Part shown: one piece after another, positions 51,085 to 61,713 of the stretch
Layout: each line of letters begins with the position of its first letter
Position numbering within the stretch: position 1 is the stretch's first letter
Virus record (IMG/VR): IMGVR_UViG_3300049324_000002
Coordinates: 1-64,000 of that record
Length of the DNA stretch: 64,000 bases
Direction: 5' to 3' (one strand)
DNA from: a virus
The notes under the pieces: generated by a model
Databases searched by the model: none
What the model was told of the DNA's origin: nothing
Seen by the model: the letters and a program-made list of their open reading frames with translations, nothing else
Translations under genes and position numbers: made by a program

Positions 51085-53985
51085 TCACAGATGTGCAGAA
51101 TTGAACTTACCTAGATAATTATTAATCCAATCCTTGAACGTCAAACGGCCATGCAACTCAAACCATTCTTTCAGCTCAGGAGATGCGTACTTCAATACGC
51201 GAGACTCAGGACCCGAGAACAAAGAAAGAGGAGACAACGCCTTAGCCTCCCCATCCTTCGTCAACATATGTCCATGCATATCAAGCTCAGCCTGCAAATA
51301 CAACTGATAGATGTAATCCTTGTAAGCTTTACGTCCAAGCTCAGTAAGATTAACCCCAGTATAACCATTAGCACGTAAAGCAGCAATCGCAGACCTACGA
51401 CGCTGAGCATCCGGCGTCACACCATAAACCTGCTCAACCGCCGACTCCTCATGACCCCCCGCAGCCAACAACTTCTCAAACTGAGCAGCACGCTTCTCAT
51501 CATCCGCCCATTTACGTTTCGACGTAACATCACGACGATCAGCCTCAGCAGACAACGTATCAAAAGCATCCATATTCCCAGAAACAAGAGCATGTTGCAT
51601 AAAAGTATCAAGATGCTGATCATTCAGTGCGCGAACACCAGAAAGTGCCTTATCAAGTGAAATACCATCAACCGATGAAAAATGAGGATCAGTCAACTGC
51701 TTTGCTCGCGCCACCGAAACAGGCGTCAACCGCTCAGCACCATTCACATCCAACGAACGATCCCACACAGAACCATTCGAGTGAATCATATAATTCTGAT
51801 CAGTAGACCCAGGGACAAGATCATTCATCTTCATACTCACAGTCGACTTATTACCGGACACCTGAACGTAATACCGGTGCCTAGTCGACGCTACCTTCTG
51901 CAACCCCGCAGCTAACGCAGAGCCACGATCACCCGGTGCAGGACTAACCTTAAACGCAGACTTCGCAGACGTCAGAAGCCCACTCCAAGCAGTCAACTCC
52001 TGCCTAGGCAACGCTGCAGGCGCAACAGCACCCACCGGCAACGCAGCCGAACGCGGTGGCGTAGGAGCATCAGGAATCGACACCGCATCACCACGAACCG
52101 CCTGCTCGCGACTAGCAGTCTCAGCCTCAAGCGCCTTCACAGAATCCCGAGCACTCTTAAACTCAGGGGAACTAGTAGCAGTACCATTAGTACGAACCTG
52201 TGCAAAAGCACTATGAGCAGAACCTAACGCACTAGCCAACTGCTCATCAGTCATCGATGGTATATCAGAACTGTTAGTAGGAGAAACCCCACCACCATCA
52301 GGAACACCACTCGAAGCTGGCCCAGCACCCCCAGATGAAGAATTGTTGGAATCATGCTGATCCAAATGATGCTGCAAAGCATCAACAACACCCTGCTTCA
52401 ACTTAGAGTAATGTAAACTCTTACCAGCATGTGTTTCCGCAACACTCTTCAAATCCTCGCCTGCAAGAGGGTTACCTGCATTCTTCAATGGAGCCTTAAC
52501 AGAAGTAGAATTCTCCCCATTCAACAACTTAATAGCTTGAGCAACATGATCGCGCGCAAAAGTCTTCTGACCTACCAACAACTCGCTCTTAGGTTGAGAT
52601 ATAGGATCACCACTGCGCTTACCAATAGTAGGATCCTGAGGATCGCTCTTAAGAGAAGTGACCTGTCCCAAACCATGCCAATAATCAAGATACTTACCTA
52701 CACCACTAGAATCGACATTCTCAGAATTATCTAAATGTGTTGCAACACCCGAACCATCTGGGTGCACATCCAACCCAGCATGAGAGCCATCCGGCAAACT
52801 AATATGATAAGAACCCGGCGTCCAACCATGACCAGACGTAGCCTTACCTGAACCACCTCCACCCTTAATAACAGACTTACCATGTAACTTAGGTGTCGAA
52901 AGAGTATGAATAGCGCCTACTGAAACAGTAGGAACACCACCCCCTCCACCACCCGTGTTACGATTATTATGATGTGGAACTTTACGCCCAGTATCAATAT
53001 TGAAATAGTAACCCTTGACGAAGTTGAGATGCCCCTTCTGCAACCGAGTATAAGGCTTAACCCACACTACAGTAGCCTCAACAAACTCAAACCCAGCATC
53101 CGAACCCATCAAAGACAAAACCTGATCCGCATACTGAATCATTGAAAGAGGAGTAGGACCTAAATTATTCTTACCCATCTTCGCCGGAAGATATAATAAA
53201 ATTGAACATCTACAATTAGGATGCCTAGGGGGGCGAGCAATCACACCCTGATACGAGGCAGGCTCACCCGGCCGCTCAGGGAACGAATCATCCAACGGAA
53301 CATGCACACCATGCAACCGCACACACAAAGGACACGGCACCGTCTCCAAATCAAAACGAGCCGTCCACAACTTATGGACCTCACCAGTCCAACCCTCAGT
53401 AGCGTGCTTTAACTCATTCTCAGTAGCGCGATTACGGCCAGCTTCAATAGCCGTCCCTGCAGCCAACTTCGCACGGCCCGCCAGCGCCATCACCAACTCA
53501 GCAGGCTCCACACCACCAGACTGAGCTAACGTCTTCTGCCCATCCACAAAATCCTTCACAACCTGACTCATAAAATCATCGTCAAGTGAAAAGATAGTGT
53601 CACTCTTTGCAGACCTGCCAAACACCCCTAACTGCTGATCAGCAAACCTCCGACCCTCCGCAGCACCACCAGCAAATGCCCGCTGCAAAACAGCAGTCAC
53701 CGCAATCAACAATGCAGTAGTCAAAAGAGGATGAGTCTCATCCTCCGCCGAAGACGACTGCTCAGCCGGACTAGTGCGAGCCGTATAAGCAGACAAATGC
53801 TGAGCATAAACACGATCAATCTCAGTGTCAGCCTGATTCTCAATTGCAGCCGTACGCGCGCGTGAAACATCATTCAAATTCAAAAGCTGCATCAAAGGGT
53901 CCTGACTCGACACCGGACCCGCCACGGCAGGGGCAGTCACGACACCGACCCCACCAAATCCTCCGCCGTCTTCCACTCCGCCCAC
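51085..53985 (-). CDS. MuF-like minor head protein with long C-terminal extension
   Basis: KLW...CPLC..LHG...PPRHPNCRC; directly after the portal gene. Confidence 0.8.
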   Translation of the reverse strand: MGGVEDGGGFGGVGVVTAPAVAGPVSSQDPLMQLLNLNDVSRARTAAIENQADTEIDRVYAQHLSAYTARTSPAEQSSSAEDETHPLLTTALLIAVTAVLQRAFAGGAAEGRRFADQQLGVFGRSAKSDTIFSLDDDFMSQVVKDFVDGQKTLAQSGGVEPAELVMALAGRAKLAAGTAIEAGRNRATENELKHATEGWTGEVHKLWTARFDLETVPCPLCVRLHGVHVPLDDSFPERPGEPASYQGVIARPPRHPNCRCSILLYLPAKMGKNNLGPTPLSMIQYADQVLSLMGSDAGFEFVEATVVWVKPYTRLQKGHLNFVKGYYFNIDTGRKVPHHNNRNTGGGGGGVPTVSVGAIHTLSTPKLHGKSVIKGGGGSGKATSGHGWTPGSYHISLPDGSHAGLDVHPDGSGVATHLDNSENVDSSGVGKYLDYWHGLGQVTSLKSDPQDPTIGKRSGDPISQPKSELLVGQKTFARDHVAQAIKLLNGENSTSVKAPLKNAGNPLAGEDLKSVAETHAGKSLHYSKLKQGVVDALQHHLDQHDSNNSSSGGAGPASSGVPDGGGVSPTNSSDIPSMTDEQLASALGSAHSAFAQVRTNGTATSSPEFKSARDSVKALEAETASREQAVRGDAVSIPDAPTPPRSAALPVGAVAPAALPRQELTAWSGLLTSAKSAFKVSPAPGDRGSALAAGLQKVASTRHRYYVQVSGNKSTVSMKMNDLVPGSTDQNYMIHSNGSVWDRSLDVNGAERLTPVSVARAKQLTDPHFSSVDGISLDKALSGVRALNDQHLDTFMQHALVSGNMDAFDTLSAEADRRDVTSKRKWADDEKRAAQFEKLLAAGGHEESAVEQVYGVTPDAQRRRSAIAALRANGYTGVNLTELGRKAYKDYIYQLYLQAELDMHGHMLTKDGEAKALSPLSLFSGPESRVLKYASPELKEWFELHGRLTFKDWINNYLGKFNSAHL

Positions 53986-55586
53986 GACAACGACATCACA
54001 GCATCATCGTGCAACCACGTAGAAGCCGAAGGAATACCCTCCACGCTAAGCTGAGACGGCAACGCCGGATACTTCCCCTTCGTAGGAGCCGGTGAACCAC
54101 CAGACGCAGTAGAGGACGCAGCAGAAGACGCACCCGGGCCGCCAGCGGGAGCTACAGGCTGAGGCCCCGGCAACCACTGCTGTGCAGCCGGTACACCCTG
54201 CTGCTGATCCGCAGGATTCGCACCCACCGGCTGAAACGGACGCTGCATAGGAGGAGGAGCCTGATCCTGCATAAAATGATCCAACGACAAAGCGTCCTGC
54301 TTATCCAAAGCCTTAGACACCTTCTCGTAATCTATATCCATTCCCATCTCGCCAGCCATATACCGCTCAAGCTCCAACAAAAACCGACGAGTCACATTCG
54401 CAGAAGGCCCAGCACCTGCCAACTTATCGAACGTAGTTATAATCGCCTTCTTCTGATCCTCGTTGAACGCGCCAAACTTAACAGACGGATAATTATGGCT
54501 ACCAAAATTCCAATCAATGAACCTAGGAATCAGCCACTCATTAATCAACGTCTCGAGATCCGAGATCAAAACATTGATCAATATCTGGTGCATTTCCTCA
54601 GTATCAGTACTAAAGTCGACAGTAGGTCTACGACCACCCTGCTGCTCATCCATATGCGGAGCCAACACAGACTTAGACATCTGCGAATTGTGGTGATTAA
54701 TAAAATCCATAAAAGGGAAATCACCGAGGCTCTTACCTAAATCCTCGACCGAGTAACCCTTGTCAGGGACCGACATTGCCTGGGCGAGACCAAAATCTGC
54801 AAGTCCCTTCTTAAAGGCTGCAATCTCGTTAGGAGATGCCCCGGGGGGATACTTCCCAAGTCGCGACCCAACCGCACGATGCTGAGCAGCAAGATGCGCC
54901 AAGTAATACATCTTGATCTTCTTATCGTAATGATAAAAGGCAGCATTGAAATAAGAAACACCATAGAACGGGTTCTCTTCATCCCCACAAGCATAATAAA
55001 GAGAATTATCCTTTTCTATCTTAATGTCCAAGTACCTGCCACCAGGAGCAGCAGTACGCTGACGCAACCCGTTATACTCGCCCTTCTCACCAATCAAGAA
55101 CTGAATGGTCTCACTAGGACGATAAGCAATCTTAGACAACGCGTACTTACCCTGCAAAGGGCCACGACGCGGAACCGTATACACCAACTCAAACGGAGCA
55201 AAACCATCCACCACAGCTAACAACATCTGCGAAATTACACGAGCAAAGGAAGTCTGCATCCCACCCGACACTGCAGGAGTAGACAACAAATCCTCCGCGA
55301 ACTTCGCCTCCTTATCCCCACCCGGGGCCGGGATCCACGTCAACCGCCGCGCAGCCGCCCGCACCGGCATCGTCAACAAACGAAACAAACCACGAGCCTG
55401 ACCATCATTACGACGCATCTCAACCAACTGCTGAACAGTAGGCTCCTGATTGCGAATCAAAACATAATCGCCGCTAGCAAAAACCTCAGAAAAAGGCATC
55501 CCACGAATCTGGACGCCCATCTCCGTATCGATTTCTTTGGTCGTAGGCTTAGCCATCTGACCAGGCTGCAACTTAGTAACCGACAC
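53937..55586 (-). CDS. Portal protein (Mu gp29/DUF935-like)
   Basis: GFAPFELVY, NPFYGVS, LIPRFIDWNFG; synteny. Confidence 0.85.
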   Translation of the reverse strand: MSVTKLQPGQMAKPTTKEIDTEMGVQIRGMPFSEVFASGDYVLIRNQEPTVQQLVEMRRNDGQARGLFRLLTMPVRAAARRLTWIPAPGGDKEAKFAEDLLSTPAVSGGMQTSFARVISQMLLAVVDGFAPFELVYTVPRRGPLQGKYALSKIAYRPSETIQFLIGEKGEYNGLRQRTAAPGGRYLDIKIEKDNSLYYACGDEENPFYGVSYFNAAFYHYDKKIKMYYLAHLAAQHRAVGSRLGKYPPGASPNEIAAFKKGLADFGLAQAMSVPDKGYSVEDLGKSLGDFPFMDFINHHNSQMSKSVLAPHMDEQQGGRRPTVDFSTDTEEMHQILINVLISDLETLINEWLIPRFIDWNFGSHNYPSVKFGAFNEDQKKAIITTFDKLAGAGPSANVTRRFLLELERYMAGEMGMDIDYEKVSKALDKQDALSLDHFMQDQAPPPMQRPFQPVGANPADQQQGVPAAQQWLPGPQPVAPAGGPGASSAASSTASGGSPAPTKGKYPALPSQLSVEGIPSASTWLHDDAVMSLSWAEWKTAEDLVGSVS

Positions 55587-55618
55587 GCACTAACCTCCGC
55601 ACTAGAACCGCACGTAGA

Positions 55619-57478
55619 TCAGTGCGGCAAAAACGTACCCCACCCAGCCTCATAAGCACCCAACGGCGCCATCAAAGGCCCCGACGTCCAAAACTCGTCC
55701 TCAAGAGAGTCTTCGTTCGTCGCCTCCGAACCACCCAACTCAACCGCGCCATTCACAGCACCACACACAGCATCAGCCAAATCCTTAGAACCATCAGCAG
55801 GATGATCAATCTTCAAAGTACGAGGATCCTGCTGCAACCCAAGAATCTCCTGACGCAACAACAAAGAAGAAGGCATGCGAGCACGTCCCTCTTCCACCAT
55901 AGTGCGAAACAACTTATAAGGATCTTCCTTACGATCAATAGAAACCAAAGGAGCCTGAATACCAGCAACCATCAGCTCCTGGCGAGTACTCAAAGACTGC
56001 CAACCATCCAAACTAACCTGACCAATAGTAAAACCACGCTGCACCAAATCAAACACAAGCTCACGAATAGCACGAAGCTGAATCTCCCGAGGAGGATTCA
56101 ACGACAAATCCGCCTCCAAAGCCAATGCACAATCCACATGCACCACCGGCAAATATTCAAACGTAACCTCTTCGCCAGTGTTCAAATCACGCTTAGCGTA
56201 CGTATCCCACGAAACCACATGAGCCATAGCGAACCCGGCCCTATCCTGCGACGTAGCCAAATCACCATGACACGCATACACAGCACCCTCTTTAGGCACC
56301 AACGAACGCGGAATAGAAAACTGAGCATGCCACGCACCCCGGTGATACTCCCAACTCACACGAATCTCAGGAGCATCAACCAAAGCCGCATCCACCGCAG
56401 CCTCAGAACGAAAATAAGGAGGCAACCTCGTACGAGCCGGACGACACAGATAGGCAGCACAAGCCCAGTCACGATCCGCCTCGAAGTCATCCACCAACTC
56501 CTCAGGAACCGGAACAGGTGACTCAGGAATCTTCACAAAAATACCACGCGCCAGTAAAGGATTAAAATCCCAACTAGGCATAGGTCCTACAACATAATGC
56601 TTAGACTCAATGCCCTTCTTACGAATATTCTCCTTAGCTTTCGCGTGCATCTTAGAGATAGGTGAACCAAAATAACGAGGATACGAAATCCTGATATTCT
56701 TAAACGTCCTAGGGAAACGAGTAACAGAAGACGTGCTCAACATACGAACAATACCCTCAGCAGAACGCACAGGCATTCTCTGAGTAGGACCAATATGCTT
56801 CGCAACTTCCTCAGCAGTACGGAAAGCATCAACCTCATCAGCAACACCAAGAATAAGGTTAAGACCCTCCTGCGTCTCCGCATCCGAAGATCCTGAAATA
56901 GACGTAATACCTTTCTCCCACTCAATCACAGCGCGCAAAGGATTACAACGATCCTTAAACCAACCACGAGACACAATACGAGTCATAGGCTCGAAGTAAG
57001 CAAGACGCGCCTGATCGCGAGTAGAAGCGACATTCAACATATGAATAGATTCATCCAAAGGCATACCAAAATAAGCCTTCGGTGACCTCAAACAAAGCAA
57101 CAAGTAAGCAACACGCAATGACGCAAGACGCGCTAGTAGATCCTTACCTCCACCCTTACCAACCATCATAGTAAGGTAATTCACCATAGGAATAGGAGTC
57201 CAGTAAGGCCACGCCGCAGCCATAGCAGGATAAATCTCAGGATAAAAAATACGTTCAGAAACCTGCAAAGCAGAATACTGCGGTGCAGATAACGGAGACA
57301 TACCAATAAAACGTTTATCCTGAACAAAAACGTCTAGCGGTACAGGCTCCTCGGCGAAAGTATCAGAAAGAATGGAGTCAGCCCCAGGAGCGGCATCCTC
57401 CACATCACCCTGAACACGCAACCAATCGGCAGGACTAAGATCACTCCCTGCCGGTACAATAGGAGAACGCGGTATCAC
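55619..57478 (-). CDS. Terminase large subunit
   Basis: GKGGGKD, ADEVD, HGDLA, DGWQS, KDLADA. Confidence 0.9.
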   Translation of the reverse strand: MIPRSPIVPAGSDLSPADWLRVQGDVEDAAPGADSILSDTFAEEPVPLDVFVQDKRFIGMSPLSAPQYSALQVSERIFYPEIYPAMAAAWPYWTPIPMVNYLTMMVGKGGGKDLLARLASLRVAYLLLCLRSPKAYFGMPLDESIHMLNVASTRDQARLAYFEPMTRIVSRGWFKDRCNPLRAVIEWEKGITSISGSSDAETQEGLNLILGVADEVDAFRTAEEVAKHIGPTQRMPVRSAEGIVRMLSTSSVTRFPRTFKNIRISYPRYFGSPISKMHAKAKENIRKKGIESKHYVVGPMPSWDFNPLLARGIFVKIPESPVPVPEELVDDFEADRDWACAAYLCRPARTRLPPYFRSEAAVDAALVDAPEIRVSWEYHRGAWHAQFSIPRSLVPKEGAVYACHGDLATSQDRAGFAMAHVVSWDTYAKRDLNTGEEVTFEYLPVVHVDCALALEADLSLNPPREIQLRAIRELVFDLVQRGFTIGQVSLDGWQSLSTRQELMVAGIQAPLVSIDRKEDPYKLFRTMVEEGRARMPSSLLLRQEILGLQQDPRTLKIDHPADGSKDLADAVCGAVNGAVELGGSEATNEDSLEDEFWTSGPLMAPLGAYEAGWGTFLPH

Positions 57479-57842
57479 TTGCCAAACTTGCTCAACAACG
57501 CAGAAGCAGACGCAGCCTTCGCCTTATAACCATCAGCACTACAAGCGAACTGACCGCCGATCTTCTTAATCGTACCCACACGCTTATTCATTGAATTCAC
57601 CACAGAAAACACACCCGGCCCGCCAGCGGGATCCGACCGCACCTTCAACCCAGACGGAGAATCCGAAGACGACGCATTAGAAGCAGTCTGCTTCCCTGCA
57701 CCACCCTGCTTCAACCACGGAGGAGCACTCATCACTAAACCTTCTCACCCTGCGACGGAGGTGGACTATTACGATTCTTAAACCACCTAATAACTGCAGC
57801 AATCAACTTCAACTCGAGAAACTTCTTCAGCACAGTAACCCC

Positions 57843-58028
57843 CTACGCAACTGCTGGGTGCAACACTAAAGACAACACAACATACAAAATTATTCCAAGC
57901 ACCAGTAAAACAATGCCAGGACGGTACCCGCCAGGAACAAGATCTCCTGCACCCGGAATGACTCCCAGAATAATAAGAATCAAACCAATCACAGCCATGA
58001 TGACGCAGAGAGTAAGCAGAAGTCCCAT
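57843..58028 (-). CDS. Small 2-TM membrane protein (possible holin)
   Basis: Two hydrophobic helices, near the endolysin. Confidence 0.55.
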   Translation of the reverse strand: MGLLLTLCVIMAVIGLILIILGVIPGAGDLVPGGYRPGIVLLVLGIILYVVLSLVLHPAVA

Positions 58029-58237
58029 TACACGTTCCTCGCGATAGAAGCGTTAGCCCAAAACATGACCTCTTCTATCTTCGTCAAGGCAAGAGCCTTC
58101 TCACGCCCGTCAGGTAGCTGCTGGTCAAATTCCTTAGCCAACGCTAAACAATTATTGCGAACAGACTGATGCTGCTCCACCTTCTTCTCATCAGGAGCAT
58201 GATAAGAAAAACGATTATCCAAATCAGAAGTAGCCAC
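58028..58237 (-). CDS. Acb2/Tad1-like anti-defence sponge protein
   Basis: RFSYHAP...GREKALALTKIEEVMFWANASIAR helical hairpin. Confidence 0.7.
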   Translation of the reverse strand: MATSDLDNRFSYHAPDEKKVEQHQSVRNNCLALAKEFDQQLPDGREKALALTKIEEVMFWANASIARNV

Positions 58238-58245
58238 TACACTCC

Positions 58246-59172
58246 CTACTTAGGCTTCATCTCTCGGGTCACAACACCGCCAGCAGACTTAGTCACATCC
58301 CACGAAACAATAGCCTTAGTAGCACCATCAGGCAGCGGAGGATGAACCACTCGCTTATAATTATTATCAGGAGTCTGCTTCAAATCAACATCAGTCCACT
58401 TCCAGTCAACTAAGCCCCCCTTATCACCTTGAATGTAAACCTGAATCCAACAAGGTCCAATAACATCCAAGAGCGTAGCGGAAAGCCAAGCCTGACCAAA
58501 AATGCTAGAAGCAGACCCAGACGTAACAGAGATAACCCGACGCCCAGTACCTGAAATATCGAAATCTGTAAGCATCGGTTCTCCCACAATAGGTGAACTA
58601 GTTAATGCTGCCCAAATCTCAAACCGAAACAAATTCATATTAAAACTGCGGGTCGACCCATCCCCAATACCCGGATCCCACTTACCCTCAATCGAAGTCT
58701 CGAAATGACCTCGAACCCAATCAGGAGTGGTATGACCAAGAATCCCACAAATCACGCCACCAAGAATACGAGCCGACCTATACTGCTGAGGAGTCCAAGG
58801 CTGCAACCCCGGGTACATAACCTCATTGCCCCACACAAGCGGGTTAAACAACCTCGTCACAGGCAACGGACCCATACTCGGGCCGCCACTAGCACCAGCA
58901 TGATTAGCAGGCTGTGCAGCAATAATGTGGATCGTGCCGTCAGGATAGGTGCAACAATTGCACAGCGGCGGATCCAAATCTGAACGGCCATTCACCAAAA
59001 TAGAAAGACCGCCACCGTAACTATCGCCAGTATGGTGGGTAATCAAACCCTGCGGTCGGCCATTAGGAAACACATAACCATTACCACGAGTCTCCCAACC
59101 CGGCTCGAATGTGACAGGCACCTTATTATAACGGAGCCCATCAGCAACAGCATTCGCGAATCCTACACTCAT
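58246..59172 (-). CDS. Endolysin, N-acetylmuramoyl-L-alanine amidase
   Basis: GWETRG, THHTG, ANHAG, GNE, GH.E...KWDPG. Confidence 0.88.
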   Translation of the reverse strand: MSVGFANAVADGLRYNKVPVTFEPGWETRGNGYVFPNGRPQGLITHHTGDSYGGGLSILVNGRSDLDPPLCNCCTYPDGTIHIIAAQPANHAGASGGPSMGPLPVTRLFNPLVWGNEVMYPGLQPWTPQQYRSARILGGVICGILGHTTPDWVRGHFETSIEGKWDPGIGDGSTRSFNMNLFRFEIWAALTSSPIVGEPMLTDFDISGTGRRVISVTSGSASSIFGQAWLSATLLDVIGPCWIQVYIQGDKGGLVDWKWTDVDLKQTPDNNYKRVVHPPLPDGATKAIVSWDVTKSAGGVVTREMKPK

Positions 59173-59513
59173 CTAGGATTCTCATCTCTCCAGGCAAGGA
59201 AAGCTGGCTTATCGGCGAACCGATCATTGCCAGCTTCCTCATAAGGAAGGAACGTGATAAAAGGATAATCTAAACTAGGGTCAAAATCAGGCTCAAGGTA
59301 AGGCGCGCACGGCGCGACATCCAACGCACCAATAACCGACACAACCTCAGGATCCCCATCAACATGGTCAACAACACGCATGTTAACGAGATGCTTAGAT
59401 CGCGAAGGGTCATCGTAAGGATCAGCAGCGCCCAACAAATGCTCAACAACATGAGCAACCGTCAAACGCAAAAGGTCCTGATCCCCGCGAGGGATGTCGC
59501 GCCGATAGCGCAT
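59169..59513 (-). CDS. Hypothetical protein
   Basis: ORF coupled to the endolysin start. Confidence 0.55.
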   Translation of the reverse strand: MRYRRDIPRGDQDLLRLTVAHVVEHLLGAADPYDDPSRSKHLVNMRVVDHVDGDPEVVSVIGALDVAPCAPYLEPDFDPSLDYPFITFLPYEEAGNDRFADKPAFLAWRDENPR

Positions 59514-59517
59514 CTAA

Positions 59518-59913
59518 CTAGCGACCGCGTCGACCGGAAGGAGCACCATCAACAGAAGTGCTACCACCGCCATCAGTGGTACCAGTGCCATCATCGATCG
59601 GAGGCACATCCGGGGCCGGGGGAACCGGCTGGTTCGGGTCAGTACCAATAGTACGCAGGTGCTCCACGAAAGGCACAAGCTGGTCAGCCGCAGCCTGCGC
59701 AGCGGCAGCCTGAGAACCCGTAAGCTGGCCAACCTGATCAATCAGGTTCTGCACTCGGTCCGCGACCTGATTGGTCACATCATTAAGCTGACCAAGCTCG
59801 TCATCAAAAACACTCATGTGCCGCTCCAATCTCTCTACTTTGTGCTTCAGCAACTTCAACTCGTCGCTGCTTGAATCATTCCCGATATGGATATGTAGCG
59901 TCAGGATACTCAT
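59518..59913 (-). CDS. Coiled-coil hypothetical protein
   Basis: ATG at 59913 after AAGGA; the longer ORF-track version overlaps the upstream gene. Confidence 0.6.
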   Translation of the reverse strand: MSILTLHIHIGNDSSSDELKLLKHKVERLERHMSVFDDELGQLNDVTNQVADRVQNLIDQVGQLTGSQAAAAQAAADQLVPFVEHLRTIGTDPNQPVPPAPDVPPIDDGTGTTDGGGSTSVDGAPSGRRGR

Positions 59914-59968
59914 CTCAGTATCCTTCTGTTTCGTTAAGCCGGACGGGGGGTCACTAGAAACTTCGGAC

Positions 59969-60487
59969 TTATCCTCCGTCAGGCCCTGCCTCGAGGGCAG
60001 CGGCGAATTTAGCGTAAAGAGGACGCGACTGATCCGTTGGCAAAGTCCGTAAAACATGGGCAACAACCTTTGCCGTATGAGTCGCGACAATTCCATGCAA
60101 AGCCTCCGGACTAATCTTATTGCCGTAAGCAACAGAGCAGAAATCAGAAGACAAATCACGCCACAACTTATAAGTCGAACTCCTGTCACGATCATTCAAC
60201 CAGGAATTCTGCATATCACGCCAACGAATAAAGATGTAGTAATACGCAATACGCTCTAACTGCATAGCCTGCAAAGTACCAGTAGGAAGATGCGCAGCAT
60301 CCCTACGCAACCCCTTAATCAACTTAGAATGCAAATCACGCAAAGCCATGTCAGTAACAGCAGAAGGAAGCTCCCACATATTCTCCGGAAGCTCAGTAAA
60401 AGCCTCAACCGGCTCCTCTACGTGATACTCAGAAGGAGCGACAGGCACCACACTCAAGGCCCGATCCGCAGACACCCAAACCTCCAA
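59969..60487 (-). CDS. Hypothetical helical protein (terminase small subunit candidate)
   Basis: First gene of the late operon; function inferred from position only. Confidence 0.4.
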   Translation of the reverse strand: MEVWVSADRALSVVPVAPSEYHVEEPVEAFTELPENMWELPSAVTDMALRDLHSKLIKGLRRDAAHLPTGTLQAMQLERIAYYYIFIRWRDMQNSWLNDRDRSSTYKLWRDLSSDFCSVAYGNKISPEALHGIVATHTAKVVAHVLRTLPTDQSRPLYAKFAAALEAGPDGG

Positions 60488-60520
60488 AACGTCACGTACA
60501 CCTGGAGTCTTCGGACAACA

Positions 60521-60550
60521 AAAAGACCACCCCAGTTTATGAAGTGGTCA
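60521..60550 (-). terminator. Intrinsic terminator after dnaX
   Basis: GACCACTTCA / TGGGGTGGTC stem followed by TTTTT. Confidence 0.7.
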
Positions 60551-60567
60551 TTCTGTAAACTATGAAA

Positions 60568-61713
60568 TTAGTTACGAACCATGGCAGCCATCTCAGAAGC
60601 AGTCAACCCCCCTTTAGCCTTCACCTGACCAACCCCACCCGGGCACAACGCCTGCCCCAACAACGTCACCACCAAATCCAAAGCAGCATGTGCATCAGAA
60701 GATGGCTGTATCCTAGAATAATACTCCCACACCACACGCATCCCGGCCACACACCTAGCCGAGTCAAGGCGACTAGCCAACACCTTCTCGTCAGCAGACG
60801 GGGGAGGCGACAACGACGACCCAGACTCAGACATCGTCAACACCAGCAAACGCTTCAACGTCGACACCACCGAGCCCACCACCTCACGAGGCCCCGGGAG
60901 GACGCCCAGCGCCACGCCAGCCGCCTCAAACGCACCCACATAGTCCGGGCCAGCGACCAACGCCCGCACCACAGCCAACCCATGATCCTCAATACCTAGT
61001 AACTGTGTAAGCTGATCAGAAGTACGTACATGCACAAGAGCAGCCTGCTCAGCCATCATCACAGCATTACGAGCCACCCCGCGAGAACGCGTCGCGATAG
61101 CAGTGCAAAGTTCCGAGCTGAAACTAAATCCCTCAGCATCAGAGATGTCACGAATCCGCTGCGCCAACTCCGCCTCAGGAATCCTCGTAAACTCGCAACT
61201 AAAGCAACGAGAAACTACAGTATCCTTAACCTTATCAAGGTCAGTAGTAACCAACATAAAAACAACATTAGGAGGAGGCTCCTCCAAAACCTTCAACAAA
61301 GCATCAAACCCAGTATCAGAAAGAGCGTGCACCTCATCCAAAATAATAACACGATAACGACCCTGCGCCGCATAACGAGCCCGCTCACGCAACGCTCGCA
61401 TATCATCAGCCTTACCATGTGACGCAGCATCAATCTCCGTCACATCAGAAGACCGACCCTCAGCAGTCAACTCACAAGTAGAACAAACACCACACGGCCG
61501 CTCATTAACATCATCATGCTCACAATTCAAAGCAGCAGCGAGAACCCTAGCCATAGTAGTCTTACCAGACCCGAGTGAGCCATGAAAAAGATAGGCCCCT
61601 CGAACCTCATCTGCCTGTATCATGCGCTGTAACACAAGCCGCGCCAATCTCTGACCAACAACATCAGAAAATCGGCGCGGCCTGTATTTCAGGGCTAAAG
61701 CTTTCTGGCTCAT
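60568..61713 (-). CDS. dnaX: DNA polymerase III gamma/tau clamp-loader ATPase
   Basis: LKYRPRRFSDVVGQ, GSGKTT, CGVCSTC, EIDAAS, LDEVH, SRC. Confidence 0.93.
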   Translation of the reverse strand: MSQKALALKYRPRRFSDVVGQRLARLVLQRMIQADEVRGAYLFHGSLGSGKTTMARVLAAALNCEHDDVNERPCGVCSTCELTAEGRSSDVTEIDAASHGKADDMRALRERARYAAQGRYRVIILDEVHALSDTGFDALLKVLEEPPPNVVFMLVTTDLDKVKDTVVSRCFSCEFTRIPEAELAQRIRDISDAEGFSFSSELCTAIATRSRGVARNAVMMAEQAALVHVRTSDQLTQLLGIEDHGLAVVRALVAGPDYVGAFEAAGVALGVLPGPREVVGSVVSTLKRLLVLTMSESGSSLSPPPSADEKVLASRLDSARCVAGMRVVWEYYSRIQPSSDAHAALDLVVTLLGQALCPGGVGQVKAKGGLTASEMAAMVRN

